Of a stretch of 64,000 nt of DNA, positions 52,701-64,000 are shown piece after piece. Position 1 is the first letter of the stretch, and each line of letters begins with the position of its first letter. Source of the stretch: Eledone cirrhosa (Eukaryota). Where the stretch lies: NCBI GenBank assembly GCA_964016885.1, contig OZ024743.1, forward strand, positions 14,818,001 through 14,882,000, given 5' to 3'. The notes beneath the pieces were generated by a model. That model did not search any database. It worked only from the letters and a program-made list of their open reading frames with translations, and was not told the origin of the DNA. The position numbers and the translations under genes are program-made.

Positions 52701-54421
52701 CCATACGTAATGATGTATAAAGATATAGAACACTATTTAATATCATATATATGTTTGTGTTTTCAAATGTTTATCATGATAGTATTTCGAGAACATCCTT
52801 TCAGTGTCACCTGATTCAATTGCCTGACAATAAAAAAAGCAATTCTAAATACGTTATAATAATTCTCAAAATCATAAAAATATTGACTGCCTCCGGGAAG
52901 GATGATTAAACATACAAAATATAATGTGATTGAGAAACATTGGGTATAGCATCGACGTAGATTACACTGGCGTTGATTTCGTTATACCATGAGTTGACCA
53001 TGTCTAACTTTGTTTTATCTTTCATTTCCATCAGGACTTCGCGAATTGTAAATTTTACCCTGATAGCTTTTGATCATTCCCAGGTTCACATCTTGAAATC
53101 TGATCCTGCTCATTTGTGTGTAAGGTACTGCATACGGTGGATGAAATATTGTATGTATCTCTTTATTCATTTATGATTCTTCACCACCCTTACTATGTCT
53201 ATTTCTAGGAAGAAAATATTATAATGTCTCAAATAGCTGAGATCCAATGGATCAGATATGTTGATACAAAATACTTAGCGGAAATAGAATGGGAGATTTG
53301 TAACTGTTTTTCTCTTCTTAAATTGCAGGTCAGATTCCAGTTTCAGAGAGTGATAATATGGTGTGTATAATTTAGTAGTCTATTGCTACCTTAATACTCT
53401 GGTGGACGCGTTTTTTTTTCTGCCGGTTGCTGTTTAGGATATTCTCCTATAATACCTCCTGGGTTTTATTACCTGGAAGTGTTTTCAGTACTAAATCGGT
53501 TCCATATTCTTAGCGGTAGTACATAAGAAGGGCTAAAGGATTTACTTCTAATCATTCCGTAATTCAGCCCCAAACAATACCATAAATGAGTTGGCTACGA
53601 AAGCAGCGACGTTGCTTCCATTGGACACCATATTAAACTTTGATGTGTCACCATTGCATTTGGATACATAATTCTGTATTGCCTTTATTCTTGCCGTAAT
53701 CGCAAGTGCAATAATTTTCCACATTTGATCGCGGATTTGGTGTCCGTAAGGCTCACATCCACCAGTTCACACCTTGTAAGGGGAACATTTTTTTTATTGA
53801 ATTTATGGGCTGCTTCCTATTGCATGGTGAAACAGGACATCCCTGTCTAGATAATCTTTGTCATAAATGAGTCTAAGTACAAGCAAACACAAACTGATTT
53901 CCAACTCCTAGGACAATTCATTTTTCTAGCTGACCACTCCAATAAGTTTCTCATCGCTAAATCAATGTCGACAAATAAGGGTAGAAACACATAATTCTGG
54001 GCGTGAGACCATCGAGAGACTGGAGCTGCTGGTCATATTTGCTCCGCAAACTTGCCGAAATGTTCGTCAGCCAACCAGAACAGTATTTGTTTTGTGATCC
54101 TTACGAAACCAATAGAGCTCTGGTAAGTGGATATTCGGGAGCTGGAAATAGCTGGATGTACGCTTTCTGGGATCTACTATGTTCGAAGTGAGGTTAAGTG
54201 TAAATGAAGAAGATTTATTTGCTACACCGTATAAAACGATGAATAACAATTTTATTCATACAGACATGACAAAGGATATTCACAAACCACACATTTCGTA
54301 TACTAAATAACAAAACACATCCCACTATGGTAATAGAATTGATGAACACTGAATTTAAATCTAAGAAAATACGAAACGCATCGAGCCTCTACAATGACAC
54401 ATCGATATGGTATACATCAAA

Positions 54422-54663
<242 letters not shown>

Positions 54664-54808
54664 GTATATGTTGGTTGTTTACCGACACCTCAGTATGCAC
54701 ATTGGAGTACTCGACGAAGTACGCAGGTTGGTTTGTTTACTCCGGAGTAATGTAAAGTAATTAAGTCAAATATGTAAAATTTGGCTTCGTTTATTAGTTT
54801 ATTACAAA

Positions 54809-55384
54809 CTAGCAGTGGTACTCGGTGTTGCACGGGATACGGTATTATGAAATATATAACCGCCTTAGCTAAGCTTAGTATTGCCACAACCACGGCTGGC
54901 AAAGATCTAAGGGTCTGGTGGTACGTCAGCAGCAAGACTGTGGCTTAAAACGTGAGGAAGAAGTTGTGTGCACTTACCAACTGTTTGGGAAATGAGTGTG
55001 AGATTTGACTTGAGCAAGGGTAGCTGAATAACCGGAGGCAGCAGACAGCAAACATACATACAAATATGATAAGGGTGCGTTCTGGACGCAGACCGAATTG
55101 TAGAAAGTGACATAATGCAGACATACAGACATACAGACAGATATTATAAGGGCGCGACGTTATATGTATGTATCTAAAAAGAAAAAGTCTAAAAATTATA
55201 GAAAGAGATTACTAAATCGCCAAATGAGGTCCCTAGGGCATTGAACATTTGAAATCGTTTTTGCTCAGAACACTCACTGAAACAAGTATTACATGTTTAA
55301 AGTACGAACATGTGTAAAGTTCTCTAGTTTTAGGGATTAAAACTCACACATACAGACAGACATCCTCAGTTTTATATATATAGA
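54809..55384 (-). mobile_element. Non-autonomous Helitron with the same 5' terminus as 32980
   Basis: Minus-strand 5' end TCTATATATATAAAACTGAGG; 3' end 'cccgtgcaacaccgag...CTAG'; inserted at A54808|T55385. Confidence 0.82.
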
Positions 55385-55459
55385 TTATAGATATACTGCT
55401 CGTATATCTATAATTTGTAATACACGAAGCCAAATTTTACATATTTGACTTAATTATTT

Positions 55460-55554
<95 letters not shown>

Positions 55555-56179
55555 CTGTGTGTGTGTGTCTGTGTGTGTGTGTGTATAAAGATGTATCTAT
55601 CGCTATGTATATAATCATAAGCATTTATGTATGGTATGATTGACGAATTTACAGCTTGTAAATAGATATGCACATGTAGACACATATTGGGCTGAATTTA
55701 TTATAATAAATTCAGCAGTATATGTGTTAATATACATGACTTAGCCGCTATTCTATTTCTTGTACAAAAGACAGGAAAAAAAATTAATTGTGTTTATACC
55801 TATTTAGAATATCTAATTTAAATACTAAAGAAATATGCATAATGAAAAATTTGAATAATTCGCTAGTGACAGTAATTATAAAACTATCTCTGTCGTATAC
55901 TATAACACATTAAAACATATCGTGTGTTACAACAATTTTGCAATGAATTTCACAGTGAATATATTGAATATCACAGGTGAATCTTGTTTTATCATTATTT
56001 ATGGATCTCGATTTTTTCAAGTAATATGTTATATATTATTCTTTGTTGGTTTTGTGTTCGTATAATTTGAATTACGTTTGCATTAGATGTGCTACTATTT
56101 AATTATATCTATAAGTATATTGTTCACTATGATTATAGAAAATGCATAATCAAACATATACGGAAGATAAATAAGAATC

Positions 56180-56545
56180 ATAAAATGTTTAAATTTTCAA
56201 ACATTTAATCACTGACAACCGTTTCACCCTAGCAGATAGCTGGTATCATTGGAGTTGATAACAAAATTCAAACTCAAATATAAGGTCAACACTTTGTCAC
56301 AAGAACATTAGGATTACACATAATATGGGATGTTAAATAAGGTAACTGAGGTGGAAAAAACATAACAAATAGGAGCATATAAATTACAATAAAAAAATTA
56401 AAAATCATGCTGTTACAGATAAATTAAGTACGATGAAAATCATATATCATAAATAGTTAAGCATGTATTATGATTCCGGGCTACTGCTTGGAAGAAACGA
56501 TTGTCAGTGATTAAATATTTGAAAGTTTAAACATTCTTTGATTGT
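56180..56545. mobile_element. Old fold-back PLE remnant with two degenerate HHRs
   Basis: 56183-56226 is inverted relative to 56494-56537; GAAAcg(g/a)ttgTCagtga is present in both arms. Confidence 0.55.
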
Positions 56546-56713
56546 CATTTACATTATATATCGGCTGTGTATTATACTTGTTATTTTATATCAAGCTATT
56601 TTCATACTTGTAACTGGGTAATATTTATTATATATATATATATGGTGGTGGAACACTGGAAGGTAATATCCGTAGTGGTAGAGCACTCAGTCCATGGGAC
56701 GAGTTAGGTAGAA

Positions 56714-58797
56714 GTGGTTACACAACAGTTAATTCACCACATCGAGAACAATTGTTTCACCTTAGCGGATCCTCAGCTCGGAATGGGCATGGTTATAGAA
56801 ACATGAGGGACAATCGTACGAACGCGCATGCGCAGATACCCCGTCACTTCTCACAGGCAATACTAGACTGTGTGCGAGATGTGTAAGGGAGATAACTGCG
56901 AAAGTCCGAAAGGTTTTTAGGTTGAAAATAATTACAAAGAATCAGTCCCGAGCCTTGTAGGTATGCAATAGGTGTTTGTCAACGTGTGGACAACGTGTGA
57001 AACATTCATTTCTCATGTTTAAGCAATCACTATTACGTAATCTCTTTAGACTAGTTATTCGTTCGTCAATACATAAGCCACATGTCGGATTTCCTCTTGC
57101 GTATGGCTTGGACTTAGTGATGGCTTTCCATTGAATGGAGTAGTCTATACTTGAGTCCTTGAGGGACTATACGTGGCTCGCGAGTTTCGTGGATGAACGT
57201 CTGTCCAGGTATCTGAAGGTAGACTGGTGGTTCAGGAAATGTTCCTTAAATCGGCCATCCGCCATGCCCACATAGGTTTTGACCTCCTGTGGTTCGTTTG
57301 GTCGGTTGGAAGTTACCATAGCTTCATAAATTATAGCTGTTGTGTTGCATTGCTGTTGAAGGGGGTAAGCTTCAGGCTTACGGCAAGAGCACGTCTCTAT
57401 GTGTTCGTTTGACAGTGCTGACGTATGTAATTTGGTTGGCCTATTTATCTTAGACATATTACGTGTTAGATTCCCGGACTTCTACACGGGAATATACCGC
57501 GAGGATGGACTGACTTTATCGATCCATAAAAGTGGTCACGACCTCGACCGGTTTAAAAAAGACTTAGCTTCTACCTTCAATGAGTTAGGAGTTAGGATAA
57601 CAGTAGCCACCAACCTCTCTACCGTAGATTTCTTAGACATTAATTTAGACCTTCGCACACACACCCACAGACCTTTCCATAAGCTAAACGAAAAACTCAA
57701 TTACATTCACAAGGACTCATGGCACCCTCCCACTGTTTTTAGAAATTTGTTAAGAATATCAATACTAGAATCTCAAACCTCTCTTCTAATAAGGCTATAT
57801 TTGACATGGCGTCACCCTACTATAACACGGCGTTGGGTAACAGACGCTTCTCACAACATATCACTTACACTCCCACTAGCAATAACACCATTACGAAACG
57901 AAAACGCAACAATAGACAAACTATCTGGTTCACTCCTCCCTTCTCACTCAACGTTAAAACCAATGTAGGAAAACAATTTCTAGCCCTCTTAGATAGACAC
58001 TTTCCCAAAGGTCTTAAATACCGCTCCATCTTTAACCGATACAAAGTTAAAATAGGATACTCCTGCGCTAAGGACATGAAGGCCCACATCACCAGCAGCC
58101 CTAGGAGCAACACCCCACCAGGGTGCTCTTGCCGTAGGTCCTGAAGCTTTCCCCCTTCAACAGCAAGGCAACAAAACATCTGTAATTTATGAAGCTGTGG
58201 TCACTTCTAACCGACCAAACGAACCACAGGATATCAAATCCTATGTGGGCATGGCGCAGGGCCGATTTAAGGAACATTTCCTGAACCAACTGTCTACCTT
58301 CAGGTACCCGGACAGACGTTCATCCACGAAACTCGCGAGCCACATATGGTCCCTCAAGGACTCAAGTATAGACTACTCCATTCAATGGAAAGCCATCACT
58401 AAGTCCAAGTCATACGCAAGGGGAAATCCGACGTGTGGCTTATGTATTGACTAACGAATAACTATTCTCAAGAGATTACGTAATAGTGATTGCTTAAACA
58501 TGAGAAATGAATTGTTCACACGTTGTCCACACGTCGCCAAACACCTATTGCATAACTACATGGCTCCGGACTGATTCTTTGTAATTTTTTTCAACCTAAA
58601 ATCTTTTCGGAATTTCGCATTTATCTCACTTACACCTCTCGCACGCAGTCTAGTATTGCCTGTGTGAATTGACCGGGTTTCTGCGCATGCGCGTTCGTAC
58701 GGTTGTCTTTCCTGTTCTCATAACCATGCCCATTCCGAACTGGGGATCCGCTAAGGCGAAACAATTGTTCTCGGTTTGGTGATCTACTGTTGTGTAA

Positions 58798-58801
<4 letters not shown>
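56714..58801 (+). mobile_element. 5'-truncated PLE (same type as the 26.8 kb element) with 679 bp inverted arms
   Basis: Arms 56714-57392 and 58123-58801. RT gives 'CNLVGLFIL..GIYREDGL..FLDINLDL'; endonuclease gives 'IIYEA..YVGMA.GRFKEHFLNH..TKLASHIW..CGLC'. Confidence 0.9.
56743..56780 (-). ncRNA. Type I hammerhead (mutated twin at 58736-58773)
   Basis: cgag-CTGAGGA-tcc-gctaa-ggt-GAAA-caattg-TT-ctcg. Confidence 0.8.
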
Positions 58802-58802
<1 letters not shown>

Positions 58803-58883
<81 letters not shown>

Positions 58884-58886
58884 ATA

Positions 58887-58962
<76 letters not shown>

Positions 58963-59001
58963 TACACATACACACACACACACATATGCATATATATATA
59001 T

Positions 59002-59054
<53 letters not shown>
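58803..59054. repeat. Compound (CT)n(TA)n microsatellite
   Basis: Direct. Confidence 0.95.
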
Positions 59055-59057
<3 letters not shown>

Positions 59058-59059
59058 GG

Positions 59060-59328
59060 TGGAGTAGGCACATGACCTGGTGTTTGGCACGTTGGTCTTA
59101 TAATCGTGAGGCTGTAAGTTCGACTTCCTGACTGCGGTGTGTTGTGTCGTTCAGCAGACACATTATTTCACATTGATCCCGTTTACACTGCTGAACAAAT
59201 GAGTGGAGACTTTACTGGGGCGACGCTATATCGGCCCTTTGACAGTATAGGTGCGATGGCATGGAGATGGGAAACCGTTATGTATAGGTGATTGCTCGTC
59301 TTCCCCAAACAATCTTGCCAAAGCATGT
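59060..59328 (+). mobile_element. Decayed tRNA-derived SINE
   Basis: A-box-like 'tgacctggtgtttgg', B-box 'aagttcgacttcc', then 'ttgtgtcgttcagcagacac'. Confidence 0.55.
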
Positions 59329-59456
59329 TGTTGTTGTTGTTTTTGTTGTTGTTGTTGTTGTTGTTCTTCTTCTTCTTCTTCTTCTTCTTCTTCTTCTTCT
59401 TCTTCTTCTTCTTCTTCTTCTTCTTCCTCTTCCTCTTCTTCTTCTTCTTCTTCTTC
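59327..59456. repeat. (TTG)n(TTC)n microsatellite
   Basis: Direct. Confidence 0.95.
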
Positions 59457-59459
59457 ACA

Positions 59460-59950
59460 TACATACAACCGATACCTCTGCCAGGACGAAGTTTGTCCTG
59501 TAACTCAACTTGTCCATAATTGCCGTCTGAATTTTCCCTACCTTCCACCCGATGGCATCCACAAGAATATCCTTCAGGTTGGTGGTTGGTCCCCAACTGG
59601 TCTGCCCGCATCAATATTCTAGGAAAGTATTATTCAAGTAGGTTCATTGAGACGTTTCACATGTCAGATTAATGCCAGCATCCTCCAAATTATCAAAGGC
59701 ACCGTGAGACGTAGAGCGATTTATTCGCTGTATATTTCTAAGTTTCCGCGTGAATGTGCTGTTAATATTCTTGCGGGTGTTGTTGCCAGTCATGACTCAC
59801 AGTTCTAGAGGACAATTGACTCAACCATTGCATTGAAAACCATGAATTTTGTTTTGCCAGCATTCAAATAGAAACCAATGGACATCACTGCAACTTATAC
59901 TTTCTGGATCCCCTCCTGGCCTTCTTATCAGTTGTTTTCCAGATGAGCTA
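59460..59950 (-). mobile_element. Decayed RTE LINE 3' fragment ending in (GAA)n
   Basis: Minus strand gives GFYLNAGKTKFM...LWMPSGGR; ends at the (GAA)n tail. Confidence 0.55.
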
Positions 59951-60059
59951 CTAATTAATATGCACATTGGGGCTGTCTCGGTTTGCATAGTAATATGACC
60001 ACATATATCTGTGAATATGGGTATACCGAGTTACACACTCACATATACACACTTAATGG

Positions 60060-60157
<98 letters not shown>

Positions 60158-60236
60158 GTGAGTTTAATAGTAGCTATGGTGCTTCCATGGGCGGTATGCC
60201 AGTTGAGCACGCTATGTTCTTACAGAGCAGAGTATG

Positions 60237-61340
60237 ATATAATATAAAACGAAAATTCAGTGATGCATCTAAACTCAGTTTATTGTGTGTTACAATTGTT
60301 TCGCCGGCAGATAGCTCGAGACATGATCATTGTATGGATCTGTCTGATTCTAGGACTGCGGTTCTTCGGCCACATGCAATGCTTTCGGAGCAAATTTTCT
60401 CACTGGGGTGTTAGCTTAAAAAAACACCTTCAAAAACATCTTCCACTCTTGTCTTGCCATTGGCTGTTGTTTTTCTACGTCATCATAAATTCCGGTCAAT
60501 ATTTGCTGCCACACTGGTCATCAGTTACTCTCCCTCCGACACACTTCAGTGGACTCATGCTGTGTTTGGTATTTCACAAGTTCGCTCACATTCACAAATA
60601 TATACCCACACATACACACACACACACACACTCCCTCTCTTACACACACCCACAACCATATACACACCAACACTCACGTCCACTGGCGCCTGCCTATATA
60701 CCCCCATACATCCGGTCTCACACGTACGCACACGCACACACACGCACACACACACGTACACGCATACAAGGACACATATCAGCATTCGCGTACATCTGCA
60801 CATATACACAAACACGCACAGACATACATAGACAGACACACGCAAACATACACGCCTGTCCTTATTGATAGGCACAAAGACAGACACGCTTCCACAGACA
60901 CAACCCCACATGCACACATACATACACACACGTATATATATATATACAAATATGTATATGTACACGCACATAAACATATAAACAAACCCTACCTTATGTA
61001 GGTGCACATAAAACACATACACACACGCCCCCACAGACGCACACACACACACACACACATACACACTCTCACTGGCTCATATACATTCCAACAAATACGC
61101 GGGCAATTAGCTCTGTGTCCACGTATATCCACAAAGAAGATACACGCACGCATGTATTTATCTCTGCCCGTAGCTAACACCCCAGTGAGAAAATTTGCTC
61201 CGAAAGCATTGCATGTGACCGAAGAACCCGCAGTCCTAGAATCAGACAGATCCATACAATGATCGTGTCTCGAGCTATCTGCCGGCGAAACAATTGTAAC
61301 ACAATAAACTTAGTTTAGATGCATCACTTATGTTTCGTTT

Positions 61341-61350
<10 letters not shown>
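60237..61350 (+). mobile_element. Non-autonomous PLE derivative with ~180 bp inverted termini carrying HHR-like motifs
   Basis: 60237-60416 is the reverse complement of 61171-61350; internal 'HHKFRSIF..TLVISYS' PLE remnant; CA-rich filler. Confidence 0.75.
61214..61303 (+). ncRNA. Hammerhead-like motif with CCGAAGA core and large loop 2
   Basis: tgtga-CCGAAGA-a-cccgcag-(~45 nt)-ctgccgg-c-GAAA-caattg-TA-acaca. Confidence 0.55.
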
Positions 61351-61409
<59 letters not shown>

Positions 61410-62244
61410 CATATTTATTTATTTAACTTTCATATAATTCCAAGAAGGAAAATAATAACAAGAGAACAATATAAGATAACGATAATAAATAAATGTTAAC
61501 ACTAGATATAATGTATATTACACATTCATCAGGTGATAGGAGGAGATAGTGAAGAGCTAATGTTTTGTCTATAGAAGATAGAATAAAACGACACATGAGA
61601 CTAGGAAAAAAGGAAAGAACAGTTTACACCAATAAATCACAACCTGTGGCTTGTCAGCGTACACCGTAATTTCACAATAGTTGTTTCACTCCAAACTGTG
61701 GGGAAATTGTTTCAGGATATATTAAACCTGTTTCATTTCTCATATAGTTACTGTTAATGTGTTAATATAATCTAATTACACGTGTAGCACTATACATTAG
61801 AACCACTGACGTATTGGGAGAAATAAATTATCTTCCTGGGTCTTTCCTTCTGTCACTTCTGTCCTTACGCTCACTGCACCTTCACAATCGAATAATGAAT
61901 TGCCTTTTCCAAACAATGAATTGATTTCCAGCATTATTGAGTGTTGAAGGGGCAAACTCAGATAAGCCTATCTGTGTTTCTAATGTGAAAATATGATATT
62001 ATAGGATTTCAAAATAATACATATACACATACGCATGCACACATAAAAACATACGCATGCACACACAGACACGCTATCACACACACATCTATCTACCTAT
62101 CTATCTATCTGTCATTCTATCTATCAATCAATCTCTCTCTATATATATAGGGATTGTAACGTCCTGTTTCTGTAGGGTCACCAGGGGGAGCACTCGATGC
62201 GTAGTTTCCAGTTAGTATAGAGGTGCAGTATTAAGAAGTGTGTA

Positions 62245-62255
62245 ATAATAATAAT

Positions 62256-62300
<45 letters not shown>
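62245..62300. repeat. (TAA)n tract at the LINE 3' end
   Basis: Direct. Confidence 0.95.
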
Positions 62301-62302
<2 letters not shown>

Positions 62303-64000
62303 TTTCTTTATTGGCTACAGGGGCTGACATCAAGAAAAATATTACAGGCGGCACATGACGGTACAGGACGGTATGATGTGGGTTTTGTGCGTGTAAATAT
62401 TTTCATTATTTATATAAGAAAAGAAAAGAAAGACATAGAAACATATATATATAAACAATAAAAATGAAAATTGAAACAATGAAAAATTCTCCAATGGTGG
62501 GGAAACACCGAGGGATACTCGTGGCGAAAACCACACAAAGGAACCACGGCCACCTTGACCACCAGGGCAAGCGCCCTCTTTCAATTTTTCCATCTCTCAA
62601 ACTACAGACGTAGATTCAGAGCGGTCCCGTTCGCTCGGACCATTCTCGCTACATTCACCCACCTTTCAACAAACTTGCTAGAAGGCAGCACTTGCATCTC
62701 CACCCTGATTTTCCTCTTCAAGTGAAACTTGAAAAAGTTAATCGGGGATTTGCCGAACAGGAAAGTATCTGTCTTTAACCCTTTCAACCTTGTCCACCAC
62801 ATAATCTCTTCGCCATGGCCACCAGACAGATGAAAACCGCCTGCCCTTCCTCCTCGAAGGAAGACGGCGAGACCATCTGCACAATGGATTCAGTCGATAA
62901 CCGGATCAGTTCTACACGCGACAGCAACTGTTCGACACTGAACGAGTGCGTGCACGGCGGTTTCGTCGCTCTGCGCGCATCTCGGACAGGCCCAGCTGAA
63001 GGCACTTCCGTGCCTGTAGAGCTTATCCCGGACCGACAACGCGTCCCCGGTAGCACTGCCAGGGAAGGGATTTCTGGAAGTTGTCCATAGGCCCCGGTCT
63101 GAAAGTTCTCCGGAAGAGAACAAACAGCTGATCTTCTTCGACGCCCAGGATTTCTCCGAGAACGTCGTCGCTCTTCCCCTCCACTAGTCCTCTATAGAAC
63201 GCCGAGTTGGATGTTCGACCGATACTGGTGCCCAGCTGGCAGAGGGCAGTGAGCGCTTGGAGACATTCCAGTTTGCAATCGCTATCCCTCAGTCCATTCT
63301 GACGCAGGACTGCAGCTCCGTCAAGGAGACGAGCTGTGGGAAAACGTGCCTGGCGAACGGCGACCACACCTGTTCACCGTCAAGGAAGTACCAGAGATGT
63401 CGCCGCCTCATCGTATGTTTGCGCATCATCAGCCATGGCATGCCCAGTCCTCAACGCAACGGGTGGTGACAGCAAATGGATCGGCTGACCATGAGAGCGC
63501 GTCCCTTCCACAAAAAGCGGAACAGGAGGTCCTCCATTTTGGTGAGAGTTGGGCCGGGGCAAGGGACGACGGTGAGGCGGTAGCAGCTGACGGATGTGCG
63601 CATTCGCCACCTCCGACCGGCCTTTCAGGGACAGCTTCCTCTCGGCCAATTTCTGGGTGAGAGAGGCCACCTTGCTCGTAACCTCGCTCCAGTTTTTCTC
63701 CATCTGGAGATCCGGTCCGAACAAGACTCTGAGCAAATTTAAACGGTCCGTCCATCCAACGCCCCACGACGCTGTCAGACGGAATGGACTTGCCTCTTCA
63801 GGTGCCGAGCTGCAAGCCCATCGACTTTTCCTGGTTTATCTTTGCTCCTGTGACCGCTTCGTATTCCTTGAGAGCGGTGCAGAGCATCTGAACGTGTCTT
63901 GTGCTCGACACCACCACGGTTACGTCGTCGGCGTAAGCTGACTCGGAATTCCCGCATCCCAGTTCGCGTGGGACGCCCCTCATCACCCCCAGTTTGTGCA
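62301..64000 (-). mobile_element. Tx1/L1-clade LINE copy C (diverged subfamily); 3' part, runs off the window
   Basis: Translation gives SAYADDV..KINQEKSMGLQLG; CPRCAQSDETAVHALVQC; WWTRLKGLK..FFKFHLKRK; ends AATAAAGAAATCA(TTA)n. Confidence 0.92.

Noticed and set aside
50000-54300. Long non-repetitive AT-rich stretch examined for host exons or decayed transposases
   Set aside because: Only short ORFs with no recognisable motifs; cannot be assigned by eye
54700-54745. ggagta-CTCGACGA...tactcc, resembling an HHR stem I and core
   Set aside because: No GAAA box or stem III
59183-59622. Poly-E/K/Q/S ORFs
   Set aside because: Artefacts of the (TTC)n/(TTG)n tract
62156-62244. TGTAAC... start resembling an LTR 5' end next to the LINE tail
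   Set aside because: No second LTR, PBS or TSD is visible in the window

Overview
This is eukaryotic, AT-rich, microsatellite-saturated DNA with no recognisable host gene. It is probably intergenic or intronic, and probably from an octopod cephalopod (inferred from the SINE at ~1.4 kb and the repeat landscape). Most ORF-track calls are (TA)n/(CA)n translation artefacts. The real content is a retroelement graveyard: (1) about eight decayed Penelope-like elements (PLEs; RT and/or GIY-YIG remnants) from several lineages, many with the inverted partial pseudo-LTR (pLTR) architecture; (2) a ~10 kb chimeric tandem of two Tx1/L1-clade LINEs inside a (TTA)n tract, plus a third copy at the window end; (3) RTE and CR1-like fragments, tRNA-derived SINEs and three non-autonomous Helitrons. 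The most notable signal is about 25 minimal type I hammerhead ribozyme (HHR) motifs read by eye. They include family-fixed non-canonical cores (UUGAAAA, CAGAAGA, CCGAAGA, GAUA). Two diverged ~300-310 nt non-coding tandem units (29.8-30.3 kb and 47.9-48.6 kb) carry HHRs with covarying stems and look like PLE-mobilised non-LTR retrozymes (candidate circular RNAs). All calls are by manual inspection; no database search was run.
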